A stretch of 62,857 nt of DNA, counting the filler, from Thraustochytrium aureum (lineage: Eukaryota): the NCBI GenBank assembly GCA_012862495.1. It is 6 parts of 5 records of this genome, joined end to end, with 100 filler letters (N's around TTAATTAATTAA, not from the genome) between each part and the next. Parts side by side here need not be neighbours in the genome. Positions count along the whole stretch, not along the records: positions 21,911 to 40,882 come from BLSG01000395.1; positions 40,983 to 55,437 come from BLSG01000397.1; 4 more parts are not named here. One strand, 5' to 3'. Of the stretch, positions 34,022-46,065 are shown piece by piece (position 1 is the first letter of the stretch; every line of letters begins with the position of its first letter). The notes under the pieces were generated by a model. It worked only from the letters and a program-made list of their open reading frames with translations, was not told the origin of the DNA and searched no databases. Both the position numbers and the translations under genes were made by a program.

Positions 34022-35184
34022 ATGATGGGCCGGCTCATGAAGTGCACGATTGCGGCGGCCTGCGCTGCCGCTGCAGCGAACGCGGCCACGCCGCTGGAGC
34101 TCATCGCGACAGCAATGCGTGAGGCGCGGGCGACGGCGATCGAGCGCAAGGGCAGGGGGCTTCAAGGTCTGCCCATGCCGCAGAACTGCATCGACGAATA
34201 CGATGCGTGCTGTGAAGTGCCGGGGGTCGAGTGCGCCGAAGCCTGCTTTGAGGATCTCACCAAAAAATGCGGCCCCCGCACATGCGCGGCAGTGTATGGC
34301 CTAGAAGACGCAGTCATCTGCGGTGATGAGCTTGATCCGAATGGCAACTCGGTCGGCGAGCCTGCAGCCTTCATTGCGCAATTTCAGAGCGACATCGACC
34401 AAGCTCTCGACCCGTCCCCACAACCAGGGCAAGTCGAGGCAGCTTGCGAGAGCGTGTACACCAACGTGGCGTACCAGTCCATCCGCTGCTTCGCATTGGT
34501 TCCGTCTGGGGCGATGGACGAGGTCGCGGTTGGCCTGGCAGCCAACATTTTTGAGAATGTAACGGGCTGCGAGTTCGTGCACGCCTTAGGCGGGACGAGC
34601 GATGCCGAGTGTGTGAGTGAACCCACACCGAACGACAACTCCGAGGCATTGGAGCAGATCAGAGAGTTCGCTGCAGTGTGCCGGGCAGAAAATCCGAACT
34701 TTGAAACGCGATTCCCAACCCCCTCGCCCACCACCAACCCCAGTCGTGCGCCTTCCACGACGCCGACTCGAGCTCCGTCTACGGCGCCGACGGTGGGCCC
34801 GACGCGGGGCCCATCAGGCTCGCCTTCCCGGTTTCCGTCGAAGAGCCCAACAACCACGCCTACACTCGCGCCGTCGACAAGCCCGACCAAATCGAAGGCT
34901 CCAACCTCCTCGCCGTCGACAAGCCCGACCAAATCGAAGGCTCCAACCTCCTCGCCGAGTCAAAGTCCGACGACGAAGAGCGGTAGTGGCGGCAGTGGTG
35001 GGGTGAGCGGAGGTGACGCGCAGGCCGAGAGCGGCTCTGACAATACCCCAATTATCGCGGGGCGGCGGGAGGCACCGCGTTTATCCTGCTCGTGGTTGGG
35101 ATTGCCGCGTTCGTCTCCAGCCGCCGCGCCGCGAGCCAGTCCGCAGCGGACAGCGCAAAGCTGGCGCCCCTGATGAGGCGATGA
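34022..35184 (+). CDS. Type I cell-surface protein: signal peptide, Cys-rich ectodomain, Pro/Thr/Ser stalk, single TM
   Basis: Signal MKCTIAAACAAAAANA; PTxxP stalk with a duplicated 42-bp unit (about 34867-34957). A 1-nt shift at G-run 35059-35062 restores TM IIAGAAGGTAFILLVVGIAAFVSSRR, stop at 35184. Confidence 0.75.
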
Positions 35185-35888
35185 ACCTCTAACTAGCACG
35201 AAGCCAGTCCAGCATTTTCATTTTCAAGCTCCGCCCAGCGCTGGGTCCTGCCTGGCCCAACCCGCGCGATGCTGCCAGAGCAAGGCGAGCTGGCCCGAGC
35301 TGCGGCTAAGCGAGACGCNNNNNNNNNNNNNNNNNNNNNNNNNNNNNNNNNNNNNNNNNNNNNNNNNNNNNNNNNNNNNNNNNNNNNNNNNNNNNNNNNN
35401 NNNNNNNNNNNNNNNNNNNNNNNNNNNNNNNNNNNNNNNNNNNNNNNNNNNNNNNNNNNNNNNNNNNNNNNNNNNNNNNNNNNNNNNNNNNNNNNNNNNN
35501 NNNNNNNNNNNNNNNNNNNNNNNAGCACAGCACTTTTTCTTCCAGTCGGCAAATGTTTTGTGTGCATTTCAGTTTTGTCCAGCAACTCTCACGACACTCT
35601 CGTCACCCCTGCACCAATCTGTCCAGCAGAGCGCTTATCTCCCAACGCCCGTCGATTGATCGATCGACCGCGGCGTCTGACGAGTCCAGCAACGCAGGGG
35701 CGCTGGTGCGGGCGGGGCGACTTGGCGGTGGCACCGCGGCGCAGCTCGAAACCTCTGCTGCTCTGCTGAGGAGGGTGGCCGCCGACACGCAAACTGTCAA
35801 CAACCGCACTGGCCAGCGCGGATTCTGCCAGACAGACTCCGCTGGCCCCCGCAGCGCGCAAACTGACAGACTGGCGAGCGGAGACAGC

Positions 35889-37179
35889 ATGATGGAGGAG
35901 GAGAAGATCGAGAAGAAAAAGGGGCGCCGCATCAGCGCGTTCAACGCGAAGAAAATGGTCGCGTCCAAGATCGGCGAGAGCAAGCTGGGCCGGTCCACGC
36001 TCGGGAAATTGATGGGCAACGACGGCGACGCCATCATCAGCGCGCTGAAGAGCGCCGTCACAAAGGCGGACGACCGCGGCACCGCCAAAGACCTGAAAAA
36101 GGACCTCATGAAGTGGGTGCTCAAGGCCTCGGTGCTGTTCCAGCACAAGGACCTCACGCGGGACAACACGCTGCACCTGCGGCGGCCTGTGCTCATGTGC
36201 GCCGAGCGCCTCTTGGAGATCTGCGACAAGCACCCAGCTGGCTCGCGCGACCTCTCTCGCGTGGCGGCAGAGCTTCAAGCCCTAGGTCCCCAGCTCAAGG
36301 CCGTCCTCGAGCCGCACGCCCAGGACAAAGAACGTGGACAAGGTGGACCGACTCGTCAACTACTACAGCAACCTGGGCTTCCTCAACAAGCTGTTCAACG
36401 AAACCGAGTTCGAGGACGAGCGCACGACCATCCTCGAGAGCGCCAAGGCCATCCTGCTCCCTTTGCCGAGCGTGCTCAATGACGAGGAGAGCGTCAACAA
36501 CGCCGCCGTGCGGAGCGCCGCCATTCAAGTCGAGCTCGAAAACCCGACCTTTTCGCTGTGCTTCGACAAGAGCCACCCCGACTTTGGCGTGCATTTTGCA
36601 AACTACCTGGATTCGCAGCCGGACGTTTCGCTGGGCACGGCGCTGCGGTTCCTTTTGTCGGAGAGGGAGTTTGCGCAAATCTCAGCGCCAAACCTGCGCG
36701 CTTCGCGCGCCCGCATCCTTTGCTCAAAGTACCTCGAGCGCGAGATCGTGGCGACCAGCGCGCACCAAGTCGGCCAAGGGCCCGAGCCGCTCCTGCAGCC
36801 TGCGAGCGCCGCCGAGGTGCCGTCCTCGGTGCCGTCGACGCCGGCTTTGTCCGTGGGGTCGCCCAAGGTTGTCGTGCCCGCGGCGGACTTTGACGCCATC
36901 CAGGACGCCATCGCCGAGGAGCGCGTCGCCAAAAACGCCTTCGCCGCGGTGCGCGCCGCCACCGAGGCGCGTCTCGGCGACCCCTTCGCCTTGTTCCTCT
37001 CCAGCGGCCGCTTCCTCAACTACAAGCAAACCCTTCGCTGCGAGCTGGACGACTTGCGCGAGCTGTACGGCGACCGCGTTGGCCCGCCGGCGGGTGCCAC
37101 TGGCGCAACAGCAGCCGCTCTCGCAGCCCCTCCATCACCGGTGCCGGCGCCGCAAACCAGCACCGCGTCGTCAGAGTAA
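35889..37179 (+). CDS. TNFAIP8/TIPE (DUF758) domain fused to an RGS-like domain
   Basis: AKKMVASK...AKDLKKDLMKWVLKASVLF...LEPHAQDK/NVDKVDRLVNYYSNLGFLNKLF follows the TIPE fold pattern. FANYL...LRFLLSEREF...ARILCSKYL...AFAAVRAATEARL.DPFALFLSSGRF follows RGS. Indel at A-run 36327-36329. Confidence 0.75.
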
Positions 37180-37920
37180 TCGAGTAGAACACCCCCACAA
37201 ACGCCGTCCTTGTCCATAACCCGCGCCCACCGACGCCTCGGAGTTGCACGAGGACCTCGTAGCGCTTGGATCGATCCGCGTCAGAGCACCTGCTCGGCGG
37301 TTCAGTTTCAGAGCAGCGTCGCTGGCTGGTGCACGACTTGCAACCGCGCGCCAGCGGGCGGATGCTGCAGGTGCGAAAGATGAATTTAGATTCTCGCGGC
37401 TCTTGATCTTGCTCGAGGCCGAGTCATCCATGATCCATGTCCATCATGATGATCCATCCCAGCAGAACAGCGAGGCAGAGCTGCCGAAGCCGGACGTCTA
37501 CTCTGCTGAAGAGAAGGCCTACTCACTCACTCGCTCTGTTGCTCACCGTCGCGCCGAATTGCAGGATGCGGTGGAGGTGCGGTGCTGGTGACGATGCGCG
37601 ACAACTCGTTGGCTGTCTGCGTGGAGGAGTGCCGCCGAGGGAGCCTGGCTGGCGAATGCAGTGGAGCCTGGTAGGCCTCAGCTCGTCGATCGAGAAGGCC
37701 TGTCGACGAGTGGAGGCCGAAGTACCGGTCTCTGCAGGTAGTTCGAGCAGCAGGCAGCGAAGTAGACCTGCAGAGGGATGCGGGGAGATCGGTCCATCTG
37801 CAGACCCCGAACGCGAGCAGACTCTGGCGAAGCGGGAATTTGCCAAGGCGCTGGTCGTACGTACGTAGAGCGCGCGACACTGCGGATTGCGTGCAAGGCG
37901 CGCGCCGGCTGGCTGGAGGG

Positions 37921-40722
37921 ATGTGCTGGAGCTTGGAGGTTTCCGTGGCGGCAGGGACAGTCGCGTATGTGACCGCGGCGACGCTGTGGAGGAGGAATGC
38001 GACCCCGCGGGACAGGTGGAACGCGATCTTTTTGGCCGTGTTTTCCACAATGCAATGGGTCGACGCCGGGATTTGGTTCCTTCACAAGCACCGAGGCGAG
38101 GCGCTCGGATACCCCTGCTCGGCGGCCGCGCAAGCAATCACTACGTTTGGGATTGCAGTGATCATCCTCGAACCCGTGGCATGCATGCTCGGGAGCATGT
38201 ACGCGAGGAAAACCTGGTGGACGCGAACCGAGATGAGCCTCTACGTCGTTGCTAATCTCTCGTTCCAGTTCGTGTTCGGGTACATCACCCCATACATCTA
38301 CAACACGTCCACACTGTGCGAGCCCAAGGGCGCGTGCCCCTTCCTTACCGAAAAGGGCCACCTCCTCCTGGCGTTTGCCGTCGACGCGAACGACGGGCCG
38401 CGCTGCTGGCGAGAGCACGGGTTCTGGGGAAACCCGAGCGCGGAGATCCCCCTCTGGCTGCGGTTCGCCTTCCTGGCCGGGATGGTCTACCCCTACGTGG
38501 CCTACATGGTGCCCACCGCGAGCGGGCTTGTGCAGGCCGCCGTGCTCAGCGCGACCTGGACCGTGGGCTACTTTTCTGACTCGCACGCCTCAGTCTGGTG
38601 CCTCGCCAACGTCGCCCAAGTCGTGACCATGCTCATGGACCCGTACTGGTTCCCGCCGGCGCCCAAGCCGCTTTCCTCGCCCATCGAGCGTCGAAGCGCC
38701 AACGAGGTGCTGCGAGACCTGTACAACAAGCGCAAGGTCCAGCGCGGTTTTGACGTGATCGTCGTGGGCAGCGGCATCGGAGGCCTGTCGTGCGCCGCCC
38801 TCGCGAGCCGCGCCGGCCTCCGCGTTCTGGTCCTCGAGCAGCACTACCGGTGCGGAGGCTGCACGCACGAGTTTTCGCACAAGGGCAACTCGTTCGACAG
38901 TGGGATCCACTATGTGGGCGGGAGCCGCGCGATCCGCGGCATGCTGGCATACATAACCGACCGCCCCGGCGTGGCCCTTGCGCGAATGGGCTCACAAGCG
39001 GACGGGTACCTGTACGACGAGTTTGACCTCGGCCGTCCCGAGCAAAACAGTGATAAAGCCCCCGAGCGCGAGGAACAAGACGAGTCGCTCTGGGTCCGCT
39101 TTCGCGCCGGCCGCCAAAACGTCCGTGCAGAGCTCGTCAAGGCCTTTCCGCACGAGGAGCGCGGGATCGACGCCTACTTTGAGCGCGTAAAGGCTGCCCA
39201 GAGCTCTCTCACCGCGCTTGTGCTGCTCAAAGCCCTCCCGGAGTGGCTCCTCAGCTTTGGCCCGCTGCGCCGCAGTCTCGTCCAGTGGATGCAGCGCGAG
39301 ACCCTCCAGGTCGCCACGGACGTGGTCGAGCAGTGCGTCAAGGACCAGCGCCTGCGCGCTCTGCTCTCTGCGGGCCAGCTCATCGACTGGAACCTTCAGC
39401 CGGACAAGTGCTCGTGGGCAGTCGTTGGCGGCATGGCCTCCTACTACACAGACGGCGGCTTTTACCCTCATGGAGGCTCGCGCACGATCGCCGAGCGAAT
39501 CGTTCCTGTCATCGAGCGCGCGGGAGGTCGCGTCCTCTGCCGGGCCCGTGTCACCGAATTACTCGTCGACCGCGAAGGAGGCCCCACGCAGGGTCGCGTC
39601 ACGGGCGTCCGCCTTTCGAACGGCGATGAGATCTTTGCCCGTGACGCGGTCGTCTCGGACATGGGCGTCATCAACACCTTCCGCGCCCTCCCCGAGGACG
39701 TGCTCGGCGCCGCTGGGCTCTCCAGGGAAATTCCCAACTGCCCGCCCATGTCCAACGGGCACATGACGGCTTTCATCAGCTTGGACGGGGAGCCCGGCGA
39801 GTTTGGCCTCCGCGCCGCCAACATCCACAGCTGGACCGATCTCCCGCGCTTCAACTACGACCCGAACAAGATGCAAGAGGCCTTTTACGCCGACCCATTC
39901 TCCCAGCCCGACGGGTGTCTCATGACCCTTACCGCGCCCTGCGTCAAGGACCCAGACTATGCCCGCGAGCATCCGGGCAAAGCCAACGTGCTGCTCCTCA
40001 CCGAGGCGCGCTGGGAATGGTTCAAGGATATGAACCTCGAGGAAGTGCGCGCATACTATGCGCAAGCAGAAGGCGATGACGCCACGCCAGGTGCGGGCGC
40101 GGGCTCGCACGGCAAGCGGCCCGAGGCTTACTTGGACTTCAAGAAGCGCTGGGAGTCCATTTTCCTCGAGCGCCTCTACAAGTACTTTCCCAAGACCAAG
40201 GGTCGCGTCCTGAGCATCGAGATCGGGACGCCAGTCACCGAGGCCCACTTCCTCGCCGCGCCGAAGGGGGGAAGCTACGGCCTCGCCTGGTCGATTGAGC
40301 ACTTCAAGGAAGAGCTCCTCCTCGACACCTTGCGCGTTCGGTCCAAGGTTCCAGGCCTCTACCTCGCGGGCGAGTCAGCGCTCTACGGCGGCTTCGCGGG
40401 GGCTATGGCCGGCGGATACATCGCCGCCTACAAATTGCTGGGCCCGTGGCGCTTTCTCAAGACGCTGCTCTGCACGGAGCCTGTCGACGGCCAAGCCGAA
40501 CTAGCGCAGCTCAATCGCCAGGTGCGCCGCGACGCCTCGGGGGGCGCAGCGTCGCTCACGGCCGATGCTGCCGTGGCAGTGGCCGCGAGAACGTGGCCTG
40601 CGCCTCCAGACGAGGTCAATGAGGGCACGCTGCTGACGACCTTCCTCGCAATCATTGGGCTCATGCTGGGCGGGCGCCGCGTGGGGAAAATGATCATGTT
40701 CAGGTCCCTCGGCTTTGCTTGA
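37921..40722 (+). CDS. N-terminal multi-TM 'MCWS' domain fused to retinol saturase/phytoene desaturase-like FAD oxidoreductase
   Basis: FDVIVVGSGIGGL..VLEQHYRCGGCTHEF..FDSGIHYVG, YPHGGSRTIA, GTPVTEAHFL..GGSYGL, VPGLYLAG are RETSAT/CrtI motifs. The first ~240 aa are hydrophobic (MCWSLEVS...MQWVDAGIW...EP...SVWCL); there is also a C-terminal TM. Confidence 0.88.
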   Translation: MCWSLEVSVAAGTVAYVTAATLWRRNATPRDRWNAIFLAVFSTMQWVDAGIWFLHKHRGEALGYPCSAAAQAITTFGIAVIILEPVACMLGSMYARKTWWTRTEMSLYVVANLSFQFVFGYITPYIYNTSTLCEPKGACPFLTEKGHLLLAFAVDANDGPRCWREHGFWGNPSAEIPLWLRFAFLAGMVYPYVAYMVPTASGLVQAAVLSATWTVGYFSDSHASVWCLANVAQVVTMLMDPYWFPPAPKPLSSPIERRSANEVLRDLYNKRKVQRGFDVIVVGSGIGGLSCAALASRAGLRVLVLEQHYRCGGCTHEFSHKGNSFDSGIHYVGGSRAIRGMLAYITDRPGVALARMGSQADGYLYDEFDLGRPEQNSDKAPEREEQDESLWVRFRAGRQNVRAELVKAFPHEERGIDAYFERVKAAQSSLTALVLLKALPEWLLSFGPLRRSLVQWMQRETLQVATDVVEQCVKDQRLRALLSAGQLIDWNLQPDKCSWAVVGGMASYYTDGGFYPHGGSRTIAERIVPVIERAGGRVLCRARVTELLVDREGGPTQGRVTGVRLSNGDEIFARDAVVSDMGVINTFRALPEDVLGAAGLSREIPNCPPMSNGHMTAFISLDGEPGEFGLRAANIHSWTDLPRFNYDPNKMQEAFYADPFSQPDGCLMTLTAPCVKDPDYAREHPGKANVLLLTEARWEWFKDMNLEEVRAYYAQAEGDDATPGAGAGSHGKRPEAYLDFKKRWESIFLERLYKYFPKTKGRVLSIEIGTPVTEAHFLAAPKGGSYGLAWSIEHFKEELLLDTLRVRSKVPGLYLAGESALYGGFAGAMAGGYIAAYKLLGPWRFLKTLLCTEPVDGQAELAQLNRQVRRDASGGAASLTADAAVAVAARTWPAPPDEVNEGTLLTTFLAIIGLMLGGRRVGKMIMFRSLGFA

Positions 40723-41443
40723 TTGACCTCAAGATGCTGTGGCCAAGTGGATGTTGGTTGACTGACACTTGTGGTTTTGTGTCAGCACCGTGTCATTCGT
40801 CAAGGGCAGCGTCATCTTGGTCCAGCATGGGGCCGAGTTGGGGCATGGCTCGCCATCGGCGCAAGCCAAGGAGTAGCTCTAGNNNNNNNNNNNNNNNNNN
40901 NNNNNNNNNNNNNNNNNNNNNNNNNNTTAATTAATTAANNNNNNNNNNNNNNNNNNNNNNNNNNNNNNNNNNNNNNNNNNNNATGGACGCGCGGTCTCCA
41001 TCCTGGCCCGGCGCAAGTCATATCCATCCAGGCCCGCCACGACGCCTCGCCTGGCCCGCGAAGAGCAAGCGCGGCGCGCACAAGCATGCAAGCATGGTGC
41101 ATGCGTCCGTCCTCGGTATCGCTCCGGTCAGGGCGGGCTGGCGCTGCAGAATGGCTCGCATGTTCGCCGCCAAAGGCCGGTCGCTGGCGCTCGTGGCGGC
41201 AGTCGCGCAAGGGAGAGACAGATAGGATAGCCTGCGGTACTCCGTCGCGAGCTGTCGCTCCCTCCCTGTGGCGGGCTGCGGCTGCGGGCGGCAGGAGGAC
41301 GGCCGCGCTCTCTCGCGTGCCGTCTCGGTCGATTCCTCTGCTCGGGCTCGGCTCGCGGCTGCGGCTGGCTGGCGGCTGGGCTGAGGAGCTGGCTGGCGTG
41401 GCGGCGGCGTCCGTTTTCGGAGCTGCGGCGCCACCTGACGAGG

Positions 41444-44400
41444 ATGGAAAGGGCTGGCGAGGGCGCTGTGAGCGTCAGGGTATGCCCGAAGTGCTTGTTT
41501 GAGAACGGCGTGGATGGCGCCGATGCGCGGGCTGCATGCTTGATGTGCGGGCAGGACGTCGCGGAGGTGGCCGTGAAGGAGGTGGTGCCGTTCGCTGAGG
41601 CGCTTGCGGTGGCCGCGCCGCGACCTGCCGCCGCGGACGGGCCGGACGGACAGTTCTTGGACGTGGTGGAGGGCGCAGCTGCGGAGAACGATGACCTTGC
41701 CATGTCGCAAGAAGAGTACGATTTGCTGTTTGCGGTCGAGGCCAGCGGGGGCGCAGCGGCCATGAGCGACGCAGAACAGGCCGAGGCGGCGCAGCCAGCG
41801 AGCGGCGAGCGCGACGCCGACACGGCCCTCGAAGGTGCAGAGTACTTGGACAAAGCGAGCGGCACCTTGGTGGATGAGGTGCGCGATTTCCTGGATAAGC
41901 ACAATGCACTTGCAGACTCTACGATGAAGCTTAGTGTGCTGAGGCCGCTTGAAGCCAAGTTGCGAGACGCGTCCGGGGCGAGCGCGGCGCTCGCGGGCTA
42001 CCTCCAGGACGCCATGCCCTGGCGCGTTCGCGGCGCAGAGCTTGTCGAATACTCTGCAAAGCTGGACCCCGACGTTGTGCAAGGCGTGGTCCGCCAGTTC
42101 ACGCAGGAAGTGCATAGCCGCGCCCGCCGAAACGCCGTCCCCGAGATGCGCCATCTCGTTGACCTGTGCTCCCGCTACGAAGAATGGGAGCGAGACTTTG
42201 CCGAGGAGCTCGACCTCATCGGCNNNNNNNNNNNNNNNNNNNNNNNNNNNNNNNNNNNNNNNNNNNNNNNNNNNNNNNNNNNNNNNNNNNNNNNNNNNNN
42301 NNNNNNNNNNNNNNNNNNNNNNNNNNNNNNNNNNNNNNNNNNNNNNNNNNNNNNNNNNNNNNNNNNNNNNNNNNNNNNNNNNNNNNNNNNNNNNNNNNNN
42401 NNNNNNNNNNNNNNNNNNNNNNNNNNNNNNNNNNNNNNNNNNNNNNNNNNNNNNNNNNNNNNNNNNNNNNAAAGTCGAGGCGCTCCGCGACACGCTCGAG
42501 TGGCGCAAGCAAGCCGCGCAGGTCCTCATCGTGTCGCAGGCCCGCACCCAGCTCCTCGACGGCTCGATCGCCGACCTGGCCCAAAGTCAGCTCGTGCCCT
42601 CCGAGAACCTTGATTTGGACGAGCTCGAGTCGCTGTGCGAACTGGGTCAGAGCTGCGGCGCCATTGAACGTCAGACACTCGCCAGTCCGCAAAACAGCCC
42701 CACCGAGGAGCGCTTGCTCGCGACCCGCCTCGTCCAGCTCATCAGGTGCGGCCAGGCCGAGCGCGAGTCCGTCAACAAAGCGCTCGACCCGGCCGGCTTT
42801 GCGCCGCCGGTCCCCATGGCCAGAGCAAAGGAGCTCCTTGAGGGCCTCGTGCGTGCGAGAGGGGACATTGAAAAAGGCAGCGGGATCTGGTTCCCGGCGC
42901 GAGGAGCGCTCGAGCGCTCAGTGGAAATATGCGAGTGGTACATTGATACGATTGAACCCGTCCAGTTGTGCAAGGACAAGTTTAAGGCTCTCGTGGCCGA
43001 CGACGACCCCAAGACTGCAGTCAAGCGATGCCGCAAGCTTGAAAAGCTCCGCGCAAAGCTCACGGCACTCCTTGAAAAGGCCACCCAAACCAACTTGTTC
43101 CAAGGCCTCGGAGGCCGGCGGCAAAACGCCTCGCCGCGCATCGAGTCTCGCGAGAAGCGAGCGCTGAGAGATGCGCAGCGAAACGTGGCGTGCGCGACCT
43201 CGCTGTACCGCACAATGCAGAAGCTGGACGGCATGGTCGAGTCGGCGATCCAAGAGGCGCGAGAAGAATGGCGCCGAAACCTTGTGGGCAAGTTCGTCGA
43301 GGTGCAGTGGGACGAGGGTACCTGGTACTTGGCCACGATTGCGGCCTACAGCAACTTGGAGAACGTGCACGTGCTGCTGTACGATAGCGACGAGGTCGAA
43401 GATGTGCTCTTCGAGTCCGACGGCAGTGCCTACTCGCCCGAAGGAGACAAGATCCCTTGGCGCTCAACAACGCGCAAGTTTGAGGTCACCGAGGCCAACC
43501 TGGCGCGCGCGCGCGGCGAGGCGGCGCCAGTGGCCAAGGAGGCCGCCAAAGGCGACGCCGCCGAGCCGCAGCAACCCGGTGCGAGCCTTGCTCAGACAAC
43601 CAGCCGGGCGCTGCCCTCGAAAGCAAAGACGCTGCGGGCGGCGCCAAGCAGCAGGGGCTGCGGCGGCCAAGTTCGCGCGCTCTGTTGTAGGCAAGTTTAT
43701 CAAGGTGGAGTGGAAGAAGGGCCACTACTTTTTGGCCTGCGTTCGGTCCTTTGACGCTGCGGAACGCCTCCACAGCGTCACGTATCGGCAGGACAGGGCC
43801 CAGGAGCGGATGCTCCTCAGGCGGGACGGGACTGCCGTCAGCCAGAGCGGCGAGGAGGTTTTTCGATGGGTCAACACCAAGGAAACGTTTGATGCAGAGG
43901 CCGACTCGAGCGACGAAGAGGACTACCAGTCCGATGGCTCCACCTTCACGGACGAGGACGGCGGGGCCCTCCTCGAGCCCTGGGAGCGCAGAGAGCACAG
44001 GGCCGCAAAGTCGGCTCAAGCGGACAAGTCGGCTCACACCGTGCGGGAAGCAAAAGCTGGAAAACCCAGCGGCTCGAAGAGCGGAGCGCCTGCTGCAGCT
44101 CCTACTGCGGGCACGCTCGCGCCTGCGAACGGCGCCGCCGTGCACGCCACAACGGTGAAAACGCACGGTACGCGCGAAATTGTTCGCCGGGTACGCAAAC
44201 CCAAGCCGGCAGTGTCTGCAAAGCAACAGGCTGAGGCGGAACGCGTGGCGGCAGCCGCGCGGGCGGCAAAGGCGTGGGAGCAGCGTCGCGATCACGCCCG
44301 TAAGCTTTTCTTCAACCTGTTCAAAGGCGTCCCAGGCACCGGGGCGGCGCCAAACGCCACGTCCGAGGAGCGTGCCGCAGCGGAGAGCAAGGTAGAGCTG

Positions 44401-46065
44401 CTCGCCAAAGTGCTGGAGGCAGAGATCGCAAAGCAGACAGGGCAGGATGGGTTTGCGGAGCGCGTGCGGATGCTCTTTACGAATCTGAAGCGGAACGCCG
44501 ACCTGCGCGAGCGGCTAGCGTTGGGCCAAATCGCCCCTGCCCAGCTGTGCCGAATGTCGGTCTCTCAGCTCGCAAGCAAAGACCTGGACGACCAGGCCAA
44601 AAAGGACTTGCTCGAGCACGCCGCGGCGCAGATGGTCAACGAGTCGGCTCCGGAGCCCGCGTTGGCCGCGGCCCCGGTCAAGAAAAAGCATATCATTGAC
44701 GTCAAGCTGGAGGCCCAGCAAGCCGAGGAGGCGGCCAAGGCGATGAGCAACCAGGTTGCCGCCGTGGCAGTCGGCACGGAGGCTGCACCGCCCGCCAAGC
44801 CGCTGCCCAAATTGTCTGCCCTTGTCAGCTTCGACGTCGACTTGGACGTGGCGGATGCCCAAGACGGGCACGAAAAGCGCAAGCCTGAGGCAAGCCGGCC
44901 CAGGGACCGCGACGCCAAGCGCAGCAAAAAATCGCCGTCGCATCACAGTGCAGGTGGCGCGCACGACAGTTCCGCTCGTGGGGCAGCGCCTCAAGCCGCG
45001 TTCGCCGTTTCACAGGTTGCGGCCTGGACGGGGTATGTCGAGTCTGGCGTCCCCATCACGTTTCAGCTCGTGGTGCAGCCTGGGGCCGTCCTTGCCGGGC
45101 CGGCGCTGGCGCGCGGCGATCAAATTTTGCCAAGCTGCGTGCTCGGGATGCTTGGCGAGCGGCGGCAAACCTACAAGCTTGCTGGCCGCGCGAGGCTTAG
45201 CAAGGCAATCGTTTACGTGGACGAGGTGGTCAAACGCAGCAATCGCCAAGTCGTTCTTGCTGCAGTCGTTCCCGACCCGAACGACACGCAGTCAGCGCTG
45301 GACAAGCTGCTCCGGGGACTCGAAAATGAAGAGCGGGTCGGCGTGATTGACCAGGGCAAGAGCGGCGTCATGGTCTACGTCATTCCCAAGTTGATGGTCC
45401 CCGACTTTGCCGCAGTGCCTCGGCTCCCACTCGGGCAGCACTCGCTTGGCCTGGCCCTTTTCATGGTCAAGCCCAAGGGGCTGCCTCCGCGCCTCCTTGA
45501 GCAACTGCTGCGCTGCAGGCCCCTCGAAGCGGACGTGCAAGCTATGCAACCGCGGCAAGGAGCGGGCTCTGGGATCAGTATTCCCGTGGCTCGTCTCGCG
45601 ACAGCAGTCGCCCCACCCGTGCACAATGCGAACGCGCCGCCAGCCGGACCGCCGCCACAGCAGCCCTATGGCTATGTTCGCGAGCAAGCGTATGACGCTT
45701 CCTCGTACGGAGGCTACACGGATCGTGGAGGGCAATATGGTCGCGGTTTCGACGACAGGTTTCACGACGGGCCGGTGCCGCGCGGACCCCCGCCGAGCTA
45801 TCCACCTCCAGGCCTCCCTTCTGGCCGCCCGCCGTCAGGGCCTCCGCCCAGTTATCCTCCGCCGAGGCATGGTGGCGATGACCGCGAACGCGGTGGTGAG
45901 TATGGCTCGGGCTTTTACCCGCCATACAGTGGGCCTTCATATGCGCCGCCGCAGCCGCCCGGATACCCGGGACCTGCTGGCGGTACAGGGGCGCGGGGAC
46001 CTTTGCCGCCGCTGCCATCTCGAGAGGCGCTCTCCAACCTCTTGCGCTCGATCCAGAGGAAGTGA
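41444..46065 (+). CDS. Chromatin/Pol II-associated protein: N-terminal zinc ribbon, two Tudor-like domains, TFIIS central domain, SPOC-like domain, Pro-rich tail (PHF3/DIDO/Bye1-like)
   Basis: CPKC...CLMC; VGKFVEVQWDEGTWYLATI and VGKFIKVEWKKGHYFLACV (Tudor-like); RVRMLFTNLKRNADLRERL.LGQIAPAQLCRMSVSQLAS (TFIIS_M); AWTGYV...LAGRARL...RVGVI...VYVIP (SPOC). Gap 42224-42470; indel at about 43654-43657. Confidence 0.8.

Noticed and set aside
37921..38650. Rhodopsin-like identity for the multi-TM domain
   Set aside because: No retinal-binding Lys motif in the last helix and no opsin helix-C signature seen.
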